This document shows positions 53,348 through 64,000 of a stretch of 64,000 nucleotides of DNA, piece by piece. The stretch's first letter is position 1. Each line of letters starts with the position of its first letter. This DNA comes from Octopus sinensis (lineage: Eukaryota): positions 3,348,001 through 3,412,000 of the forward strand of contig NC_043010.1 in assembly GCF_006345805.1 (NCBI RefSeq). Direction: 5' to 3'. The notes below the pieces were generated by a model that saw only the letters and a list, made by a program, of their open reading frames with translations, did no database searches and had not been told where the DNA came from. The position numbers were made by a program, and so were the translations under genes.

Positions 53348-53609
53348 ATACATATATACATGTAACTTTCATATTGACCAGCTTGGTCAACCTGGGGTGC
53401 AACAGAGGGGGACTGAACCTTCAGCAAATCAAACCCCTGAACCACACAGCCACTCCAACCCTAAAATGATAAAAGGCAAAGTTGACTTTGGAGGGCTTTG
53501 AAAACAGAACCCACAGCATTTTATCTGATACTCACAGAATCCAATCTACTCGCAGCTTTCAAAGAAATATTATACTATAACTAAATAACAATGCAATATA
53601 TATCATAAC

Positions 53610-53890
53610 AGCCTAATTTTTTTATGTAGCTTCTTTTGTCCTTACTATTCTACTTTCCACAATTTGATTCCATTCAAGCAACTTTCATGGAAGAGTTATT
53701 AACTGCTATGAATAATTATTTTAGAGAAGAGCTAAGATTCAGGTGTTTGACAAAGCTCTCAAGGATTTTGTTTACTTCTTTGAGTAAGAAAATTTCTATA
53801 GGTTTTCATCTCATTTTATTTCTCCCTCTCTTTTCTTTTCTTGCCCTCTTTTTTCCTTCTCTATCCTAAAGATTAAAATTCTCATCAAAT
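53610..53890. repeat. ~290-bp dispersed duplication, copy 2
   Basis: Core offset 5502 nt from copy 1. Confidence 0.9.
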
Positions 53891-54455
53891 TTTTTTATTT
53901 ATCAGTCATATAATTTATACACATAACCACACATTCACAACGTGCATAGACAAATACACATACACACACACACGTGTGTATGTGTGTATGTGTTTTGTAC
54001 GCATATATGTGTGTATATGGGTGTGTGTCTGTTTCTTTGTGTGTGTGGTGTGTGTGTATGTGTATATGTACACATACACACATATATATATATAAATATC
54101 ATATGATTATATATACATATGTATATATATGTACACACACACACACACACACATATGTACATATATATACATACTTACACACACTCACACATGTACACAC
54201 ACATGGTAATTTCTCCAGGGTTAGTATCTCTAAATTAGTCTGTTAAAGTAAAAGGTATTTGGGTGTAGAAATCATGTCAAAGCTGGATTGTATGAACGAG
54301 AGACAGAACCCCAGCAATCTAGAAGGGCATTAACTGCCAATAAGAACTGATTTAGTATATGACAATCCATCAAACCCATGCCAGCACTTGAAAGTGGATG
54401 TGAAGATATAAAGATATTGATGATAATTATGAGGATGACAATATCTGTGTACATC

Positions 54456-54506
<51 letters not shown>

Positions 54507-54537
54507 TGTATGTATGTATGTATGTATGTATGTATAT

Positions 54538-55290
54538 ACTAGACATGACAGACGTAAATAGACACCTTTATAATCATTAAATTTTTTTTAAATCTGGAAT
54601 TATACATTCAAATTATTTATTAATTATTATAATGTGAATATTTAATATTTAGTAGAAATGCCCTTTGCATTTTTCAATGCAAGGACCCTATTAGGCATCT
54701 TACTGACCAGATGATGAATATTCTCTTGCAGAATTTCTTGCCAAGTTTCATGCAGTAATCTCAAAAGATCTTGCTTTGAAGATGCTTTCTTGTTCTTTTT
54801 ATGAAGTATCCTGTCCATTATGTCCCAGAGATGCCTAAGAGGGTTCATATCTGGTTACTGGGTTAACCATGGAAGTTTTTTAATGCCATTTTCATCCAGT
54901 AAATCTTGGGTCATTTTAGTTGTGTAACAAGGATGATAAATAAAGAGTCTGCTTTAATCATTTCACCACTGGAGAAGATTGGAAGGAGTCCATTCTGTAA
55001 TATGGATACATATTCATCTGAGTTTATGTTTCCCTCACACTCAACCATCTCTGATCATCCATTGCTCCAAATTGCTCCCTAGACCATCACAGAATTATTG
55101 CCATGTTTCATTGTTGGCTGCAATCTTTTCACATCAAATTCTTGATCACAGTGTCTTCAGACCCACACTCGACCACTGTTAGGAAATACAGCAAATCTAG
55201 ACTCATCAGAGAATATGACAGTGTCCCAAAATGCTAGTGGCCTCTCCACCATCCCACTGACCCAATTTTTTCTCACTTAATGTTGGGTGG
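54538..55290 (-). mobile_element. Decayed Tc1-family DNA transposon, 3' half (DDE domain and right terminus)
   Basis: Minus strand reads FWDTVIFSDESRFAVFPNSGRVWV*R...QPTMKHG..SVMV*GAIW..., then after a frameshift ...PDMNPLRHLWDIMDR...WQEI.QE.I..LV.KMPNRV.A.KNAKG.STKY* (ORF 54642..54848). The terminus abuts a TA microsatellite. Confidence 0.93.
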
Positions 55291-55388
55291 TTGAAGAAGT
55301 ATATGTATTCATGTAAGTCAGAAAATTCTTACAATTCACACATACATTTCTGCCATCAAGATGTAAATCATTTGTCTCACTCCTTCTC

Positions 55389-55419
<31 letters not shown>

Positions 55420-55564
55420 TATTGTCTTCTCCCCCATCCCTCTCTCTATAACAAAGGAAAAGCTTATACATGGTCACTTCATCTGCAAGAAATAAAAGCC
55501 TAATAGAAGCCAAATAGAAGTCAGGGTATGGATAAATTGTCACATTTAATAAAATTAGGTTGCT

Positions 55565-55801
55565 TTAAACCCTTTCACCCTTTTGTATTCAAATAACTGT
55601 ATCAAATTTAATACTTATTTATTCACATTGTTTTAATTAATAATGTGTTATCTTGTAGCTTTCAGATTTCCATGATGCAATTGTATATTTTTTAGATGAC
55701 ATTGTAGCATACGTATAAGAGGCCAGATCTTGACTGTTTGAGCATGAAACAGGTAAAAGATTTGGGCCAGATATGGCCAGTTTAAATGCTAGAGGGTTAA
55801 A
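55565..55801 (+). mobile_element. TTAA-type MITE, family 1 copy
   Basis: Colinear with 4355-4580; ends AAATGCTAGAGGGTTAA. Confidence 0.78.
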
Positions 55802-56627
55802 CTTGCTTAATTCTATGTCAAAGAAAGAATTATATAGACGTAAAATTTTATTGTCTTCTCATTAATAAAATCTTGGGAGCAGATGGAGTTTCTTAAATAT
55901 AATTTTTTTTTTTTGTAAGTATTACCTGGTATTTGTCAGTTTGAAGACACCTGGTATAATATCATAATGTCATTATTTTGTCCAAATACCAAACCTAATT
56001 AGTGATCAAAATCATTAATTATTAGTTTTTGTTTTGTCCCTGTTTTCTGTATACTACTTGAAAGTTACTGAGGCAATTCCTGAATTTTCATTTTGATGAT
56101 TTTGATATTAGTGTAACTGTGTCTATTTTTCTGCAGACTTACATATTTTGTCTCAGTAGTTCAATGAGATTCGGTCACAAGATATTCTTGCCATAACCAT
56201 ATTGTCTTATTTTAGACATATTTTTCAACAATTTCAAGTTTACATTTTCCATACAGATAAGGAGACATAAGTACATATGTATGTACACACACACACACAC
56301 ACACACATACTTTCTATTAATCAAATCCATTCAAAAGACTTTGGTTGGGCCTGGGCTATAGCAGAGGACACTTGCCCAAGATGACATTCAGTGGAACTGA
56401 ACCAGAAACCATATAATTGAGAAGCAAACTTCTTAATCACACAAGCATGCCTACACATTACAACAAAACACAGTTATGCATAACAAAGTAAGTAACAGAA
56501 TTTTACACCAAATGCCACTCAAATATTTATCACAATAGAGCTTAGCATGTGTCATAAAGTTTATCAATGTCACTAAGTTGTACAGGTTTTGTTGGTGAAA
56601 TACACACAACAACCAGTATGGCTGATG

Positions 56628-56665
56628 CTATATAAACTAACATTTCTTGATGTTAGTTTATATAG
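56628..56665. repeat. Perfect 16-bp inverted repeat, 6-nt loop
   Basis: CTATATAAACTAACAT-TTCTTG-ATGTTAGTTTATATAG; extends to 21 bp with G.U pairs. Confidence 0.93.
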
Positions 56666-56831
56666 TGTTATTCCTGATGATGGACCTTTTAGCCTGAACT
56701 ATAAAAAGGTTATTAAACTTTTTCCTGTTGCATTGTAAGTTCCCCATCCTCATTATTATATCATTATATACTGGTGTTTATCACATTGAAAGCAATACAG
56801 GTTTGGTCACAATTTATCATATATACATCAC

Positions 56832-56881
<50 letters not shown>

Positions 56882-57343
56882 AACAATGGAATTTGTGATG
56901 TGGTACCTAATTCTAGTTTATGCCACAATGAAACATTTACACATGTTACAATGAGTCAATGAACAAGGTCACAAAGTAAGTGTTACAGGTTTGGATCACA
57001 AAGCAACATAGGAGTGTGGATTGATAGAATATTTTTCAGTGATTTGGTTTATCAATTCTCCTTGACATTAGTGGCATTGTGGATAAAAAAAAAGCATTAT
57101 GACTACTAATTTAGGAATAAACATCTCTTGTTCAAGTCCAGTTGAATGCTATCTACATTTCCAGGATTATGACAACTGGTGAAGATCAAAGATCAAAGCA
57201 AACAAAATGCAATCATCATCAACATCATCAACTGCTTTTCATGCTGGCATGTGTTGGATGGGTCATTTAGTTCTTATTCATAGTCACTGTCATCATAGAC
57301 ATATTTTTGAATATCACATCTTGCTTGCATGTTAGTGTAGAAT

Positions 57344-57597
57344 CAATGGTTCTCAACCCAGGGTGCACATGACCTTTGCAATTCTATATAGGTCTTTATT
57401 GTTAAAATTGATGTGCAATAAATTGGTTATACTTCTGCTACACACAAAATATTTTAACAACTTTTTTTATATATAATACCTGATATGATTATAAAAATGT
57501 AATTGGATTTTTTAAAATGGTGAATGGCTATGAGGGTCCACCCAAGTAAAATAAGAAGCAAAGAGGTCTATAGGCAAAAAATGGTTGAGAACCACAG
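57344..57597 (+). mobile_element. hAT-type MITE
   Basis: TIRs CAATGGTTCTCAACC / GGTTGAGAACCACAG; flanks GTGTAGAAT and GTGTAAAT resemble a decayed 8-bp target duplication. Confidence 0.75.
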
Positions 57598-58504
57598 GTG
57601 TAAATGTAAATATTGAGAGAAAAAGGCTTCATTTCCAAATATGAACTTAATAATAAAAAAGAAAGGAAAAGGTAATCTTATTAACAGCGACTCATCTTAG
57701 AGACATTTAATTTATTCTGATTGACAATTCAATGAAAATATAATGAACTTTAGAAATGTGAGTAATGATTTATTTTTTAGTAGCCACAAGGATTTCTACT
57801 TTCATATGAACCAACATTGATATATATTTTTGTTATATTGTTTCATTTTGCAAGTCAATAATTGACTGCTATATTGAAAGGAATTCTCAACTTTCTAGAA
57901 ACTTTACTTCCAGGCTAAAATTTTCCCTTCTGCTTTTATGCTTAGTTCCAGGTTCCATAGAGCAGACCTCAGATCAAAGCATTCCATCCATAACCAGCTA
58001 ACCAGCAAAGCTGAGTTTTTGTAATTTTTTTTTTTTAGAGATAGTGCATCTTAGGTTATGCTATCGAATGTGTTTTTCCATTCATCAGGCAGTGTAAGTG
58101 GAGGGAAGATTTGGGTGTTATTTCTAGTAGTTCAAGTGAACATTTAAATAGGCTCTTTCGAGGATTCATTTATGCATTGTTTATTTTTTATGGTATATGT
58201 ATAATGTTAGCTTTGATTTATTCTGGAAGAGACTGGATTCTGATTTTCAAATTTATGGCTAGAGTTTTGTTTACAATTTTGTTTTTTTTCCTGGTTGCTC
58301 TGGGGAGAATGTTTTCATGATGATAGAGTATCAGTGACCAAGATGTAACAAAAGATTCTTAATAATATATTCTAAATGAATAAATTTTAAATAACAAATA
58401 TAATTCTGTTCTTGTTTTTACTTTCAGTATATGAACGGAGATAGAATTACTTGGCAAACAAAAAATAGAACAATGAACAAAATGGGATGGTAAAATGATA
58501 CATG

Positions 58505-58516
58505 AATAACAATATC

Positions 58517-58551
<35 letters not shown>

Positions 58552-58715
58552 TAATAATAATAATAATAATAATGCTTACAAGAAGAAGAACAACAACAAG
58601 AACAACAACAACAACAACATTACTGTGGTGGTGGTGGTGGTGGTGGTGGTGGCGATGATGATGATGATGATGACGACGACAATGACGAGGAGGCAGAGGG
58701 GGAGAGGAAGAAGAA
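58505..58715. repeat. Serial trinucleotide tract (AAT)n-(AAG/AAC)n-(GGT)n-(GAT)n-(GAC)n
   Basis: Directly visible. Confidence 0.93.
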
Positions 58716-59749
58716 TTGGTGCAATGTAAGTAGCCAGAGTAGTTTGTGCTATGGAGGCAGCAGCTGCTGAAGTATCTGATACAAGGAGAGTAACGGTAGA
58801 AAATGCAATGGTGATACCAATTTAAGTTATTGAAATACTTAATGCTTGCAATATCATCATTGTGTTATTGTGAACAGAAATATATCATTTAGATTTATAC
58901 AAATCAGAAAGTTTCATATCCCAAAAACACACACAAAAAGAAAAAAAAACATTGTAAAATGTAACAAAAAGAAATTGATCAGTTTTAGTGACAGTATATC
59001 GAATAAAGAAATTAAGGAATAATTTGTGCCATTGTGTATTGAGCAATGTTTCTCATAAGAAGTGAGCTTCTGTAATGATTGAAAACAGAGCAGACAAATT
59101 GCCCTGTTTCATAAATTTAAGCTGGTTTTAAAATATTAAAACTTGTTCCCACCGACTGTATTTTCTCTTATGCTCACTTCTTTGTATCTTGAAACGTTGC
59201 TTAGGTACCGCATCACTAACATCTTTAGCTTCAACTTCTTACCAACTACTACTACACACCCTTATGTAATGTAGAGTAACCATGCTTGTCCTTCTGTCAT
59301 ACTTTTGCCACTTCCCCTTCCCTAGTATCCCCCCCCATACAGACACACACTTAGTTATAGGATTTTTCCCTTTTCCATTATTTTTTTGTCTTGAAACTTA
59401 TTTGGCAACTTCACTAGTGACAGTGACATGAAGAAAGTACCCAGTATACACTACAAGGTGGTTGGCATTAGGAAGGGCATCCGGTTATAGAAAACATGCC
59501 AAAGCTAACAATGGAACTTGGCAAAGCCCTGCAGCACACTGAATCCTGTCAAACCCATGCCAGGTTGAAAAACGCATGTTAAATGAGGGTGATTATGACA
59601 TTCAACATCATGGTATATAGAAAGAAGAATTATATGGATGCTAACCCTACATATCTTCTCATTAAAATAGAGATGGAAGCAAAATAATCTTTTATTTATT
59701 TATTTTTTATTTTGTCAATCCTAGTATTTGTCAATTTGAGAAATTCTTG

Positions 59750-61850
59750 ATAGGTGCAAGCATGGCTGAGTGCTTAATGAAACATGCTTTGCAGCAACAT
59801 GGTTTGGAGTTCAGTCCCACTTCATTGCACATTGAACATGTGTCTTCTACTATAGCCATAGGCCAACCAATGTCCTGTGTGTGAATTATACAAATGAAAA
59901 CTATGTGGAAGCTTGTCATATGTATATCTATATGTATGTGTATATCTTTATGTCAATGCTTGTTTCCTCACTCCCATCATATGACAATCAGTGTTGGTTT
60001 GTTTACATCCCCATAATTTAGCAGTTCAGTGAAAAGAAAAAGCAAACAAACAATAAAATGAATACCAAAATCCTTCAAAGTGGTGCCCCTGTGACTGAAA
60101 CAAGTGAAAGATATAAGAGATAGAAGAAAGAAGATATGAAGGATGGATGCAAGGAAAGATTACAAAATGAAATCTCCATAACTTGCATACGTCAATTCTC
60201 CCCAGATTTTAATTATTATTCTAATGTATTCTTGGTGCTTATAATGTCTAATATTAATCTGAAGCATTATTTCTCTTAAATTTGAAATTTGCAACATTTT
60301 TGTATATATTTTCATTCTTTTGCCAATATTAATTAAAATGAGATATTTGAATGAGGTAAGATAAAAATGGCTGAATTCTATGGTCTAATATAATTATCAA
60401 CCAATTATATTTGAATTGTTGAAGAAATCTATAGGATCTGGAGATAAACTTCATCATTTTTAACAAAATGTAAATTTTTCTATGATAGATTGACGGCAGA
60501 ATGGATGGTACAGATAATTTATCTTCTATCTTGATGAAGCAGAAGAGGCTGAGATGAGTGTATTTCATGAAATATTCAAAGCTTACAGTAGTCTAGGTTT
60601 TAAGGTCAAAGCTTAACGGACAAAGGATCAGAAGTTCACATATTGTTCCCAGTGCTGCATTACTTTGTTGAGTTACAAATATATTTACAACTAACAAGGT
60701 ACAGACATGTCTGTGTGGTTGAGGAAGCTTGCTTTGCAACCACACGGTTCTGAGTCCAGTTCCATTGCACTGCACCTTAGACAAGTGTCTTCTGCTTTAG
60801 CCTTAGGTTGACCAATACCATGTGAATAATTATGGTAAATGGAAACTGTAGGGAAGCCCGTCATACATATACATCTGTATGTATCTTCGTGTTTGTATTT
60901 GTTCTTTGTCACTGCTTAAAAACTGGTGTTGGTTTGTCTATGTCCTCACAGTTTAGCAATTCAGCAAAAGAGACTACTAGAATAAGTACCAGGCTTACAA
61001 AGTATAAGTCCGGGGTCGATCGATTTGTTGGACAAAACCCATCAAGCTAGTGCTGCTGTGTAGCTGCAATCCAATGAATGAAATGAGTAAAAGAAAATAA
61101 TGATAACTAGCTCAGTTCTTATAATTTTGAATAGATGTAAAGATGAACAATCTCCTCCATATATAAAATACCTACCAACATTAAGAAAATGGGTTTATCT
61201 TGAAAGTTAATGGATGTCCATTGAAGTAAAAGAGCAAAAAATTGTACAGGGGTATAGTAACTTTTGTTTTGTGATGGTTGACTTAGATGATTGGTTGAAG
61301 AGACTGAAAAGACTGGTTAAGATGACTAACTTAACTTGCATGAAGAAATAAAAGGAAAAAAAAAACTCTTATGCAACCTAACTGCAGTTAGAAGTGATGG
61401 ATGGAATTAATAGACAGACATTAGAGTCCATTTTGTGACACAATGAATCCAAAGATTCACTTTGTAAATAATAATATTTAACATTATTATCTCGATGCAG
61501 GCATGGCTGTGTGGTGAAAAAGTTTATTTCCAAACCACATAGTTTCAGATTCAGTCTCACTGTGTGGCACCTTGGGCAAGTGTTCTCTACTATAGGCCCA
61601 AACCAACCAAAGCCTTGTGAGTGGATTGGTAGATGGAATCTAAAAGCAGACCAAATCATGTCAGACAAAATTCTTAGCAGCATTTCTTCTGGCTTTTTAT
61701 GTTCTGAGTTCAAATGCTATCAATTCTGCTTTTCATCCTTTTGGCTCAATAAAATAAGGTAAAACTCAATTAGTAGGAGTGATGTAATTAACTATCTTGC
61801 TTCACTCAAAACTGTTGGCTTTCTGCCAAAATTTAGAACAATTATTATTA
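59750..61850. mobile_element. Cluster of degenerate family-B (59750-60110, 60700-61092, 61500-61650) and family-A (61670-61850) SINEs, + strand
   Basis: Diverged matches to the heads and bodies of 24056-24476 and 34597-34831. Confidence 0.72.
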
Positions 61851-62163
61851 TTATTATTACTACTACTACTGCTACTTTCATTTCTGTTTCCCTACACCAT
61901 TTGTTTTTGTATCTATATGGTTTGTCATAAAATTGGCTTTAATTCTTTGGCAGAGTCTGAAGATGCTAGGATATGAAGAAAATATATGAAATGACACAAG
62001 ATTACAGAATACAGTTTCCTGAGAGAGACGGACGAAAGGAGGAAAGAATGTAATGTAAAAAGTGACATTTGGTTGAAAATAAATGTTTACGAATTAAGAA
62101 AAAGAATTGACCAAAGTCAAATGGACAACAGAATGTTGAAGTAAAAAAAAAAGTATTTGAAAT

Positions 62164-62211
62164 CAAAGGTCATAACTGACCAAGACACAAAGGTCATGAG
62201 TGACCGAGACA
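62164..62211 (+). repeat. 24-bp tandem duplication, each unit holding a GGTCA-N4-TGACC palindrome
   Basis: CAAAGGTCATAACTGACCAAGACA CAAAGGTCATGAGTGACCGAGACA. Confidence 0.9.
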
Positions 62212-64000
62212 CAAACATCAAGAAACTTCTGAGTTACAAAAGCAAAAGCTTTAGGAAGATTAAACGAGTAAAAAAATGAGTTGAGAGAGATCTGAAACTA
62301 GTCAGGTTAGTAAAGTGTTGAGTTATTATTTGAATAGCCAATGGTTTTGTATCTGAGAGCTGGTACTTTAGATGTGTTTCTGGCAAAACCACAACGCACT
62401 TTTTCTTATATAGTCCTAATATGACTCTTATTGCACAAACCCTAAAAAAAATAAGCAACGACTGTCTTTTAGTTTTGTATTCAGTGTTTTAAGGTTTATA
62501 GAGTTTTGTGTGTCTTTCTTATGATTTGATTTGAGAGAGATTTGGCTGGTATGTCTTGCAGGTAGAGTGACCATGTAGAGGCTACATTGTTGTATCCTTT
62601 ACATGTTGTTATGTGGACTCAGGCCCACTATGATCAAACAGACTCGTGAGGAAAAGTGTTCCAACCATGATCATCCCATTTTTATTTGTTTTATAGTGAT
62701 GCCATTATTGAATTAACCAACAATATCTACAGACTACAAGAAATGACAGCAGCAAAGCAGCTATTCCACTGTAGTTCTTAAACTTCCATCTCTAGTGACA
62801 CCATCTTACTAAGATTTGGCTGGAGAATAAATCTTTTGCTGCCACGGGTTTCCAGCTAGATCAGTGTGTTATTTCCAACAAAAGAGTGGTCTGAAAAACA
62901 GACATCAAGAGAGCCCCCAAGGAAATACAAAGCAGCTGAAAGCACCTCAAAGTGACTGTGGTTGACCAGAGATTAAATTTGGAACACTTCTTCTAGCAAA
63001 GACTAAATCAGTCCTTGCTGCCTCACTCAGGCAAAACGTACGGGCCATTTGGAGTGAAATGCTTGTGACTTGCTAATGATACAGAAGAGCTTCTGACATT
63101 GCAGTGCAATGCAATGCAATGCTTGCAATAACTTCTGCACTTTCTGTACAGTACAAAGCATCATTGATGTTTATTTCACCTGTACCTTGCTATGTAAAAT
63201 TTGGATGCTCTCTTTAACATATTTATGGTATGGCTAAGTAGTGGATAGAGGACATTCAATGAAATTAAAACTGTGAGTGGGAGGAACCAGCACAGAAGCT
63301 GCTTACAAAACATATTTCAGGGTAATACGTAAAAAGAACAGGCTAAACACAAAAATGTTTACTTGTTAACCCAAAGTTCATTCTATTTGAAGCCAAATAG
63401 AGATTTGAAATGAATCAGATAGAAAAGACAGAACACAAAAATGCTCACTAATTAACCGAGAGTGTACTTTATTTGAATTCAAATACAGACTTGAAATTAA
63501 ATTAGATAAAAAGTTGTTTGAGTTATCAATTGAATGTAAAGAAGAGTAAGTCATTGATAGATAAGATAAAGCATGGTTTTTACATCATGTAGATTTTAAA
63601 ATCTACTGGCTTCATCTTGGATCAAGCCACTTTTATTTTTAATGGCAGCAAGAATAATGGTGATTGTTATCAATACAATGCTAGGTGTGATAAGGAAAGT
63701 AGTAGTGATGCTAGCAGAGGTGGAAATAGTAGTGATATGATATTGATAGGATAGTAAATATGATTTTGTAAAGTAAAAATTTGAATAAAAACACATTAAA
63801 TGCACGAGGAAAGATAAGATGTACTGCTGCTGCAATGTATCAGAATAGTTGCTTTTATGAAATTACAATATCAATGACAATCGCATCGTATCAATGAAGG
63901 AAAAAAATTCAGTTGCAAAGTTTGCAATTGTCCAATAGGAAAAGCAATTCAACCAATGCTTTGTTTGCATTTTGTTTCCATAGAATTTTATATTATTCAT

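Noticed and set aside
59-54246. Dozens of ORF-track entries rich in IY, CV, HT, MYVC or YIHT repeats
   Set aside because: They are translations of (TA)n, (CA)n and (TACA)n microsatellites, which lack stops in several frames.
58502-58729. Low-complexity N/V/M (or Q/G/D) ORF with a downstream GTAAGT donor
   Set aside because: Serial trinucleotide microsatellites with no acceptor; this pattern recurs elsewhere in the window (7410-7510, 30930-31410).

Overview
AT-rich, repeat-dense eukaryotic DNA, most consistent with intronic or intergenic sequence from an octopus (coleoid cephalopod). This rests on my recollection of these tRNA-headed SINE families and compound microsatellites as typical of Octopus genomes; no database was searched. 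I could not confidently identify any host protein-coding gene, true tRNA/rRNA gene or CRISPR array. Nearly all ORF-track entries are translations of microsatellites or SINEs. Supported features are: three tRNA-derived SINE families in many copies, two decayed Tc1-type (DD34E-type) transposase fragments, a decayed CR1/L2-like LINE RT fragment, a probable Penelope-like GIY-YIG fragment, TTAA-, TA- and hAT-type MITEs, and many microsatellites. The most unexplained signals are (i) two locally duplicated cassettes whose conserved cores line up with splice-site-like motifs (22.8/27.1 kb and 48.2/53.7 kb) and (ii) several perfect fold-back hairpins (38, 24, 16 and 16 bp stems) that would form dsRNA if transcribed. 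All exon calls are sequence-only hypotheses. SINE, MITE and microsatellite boundaries are approximate.
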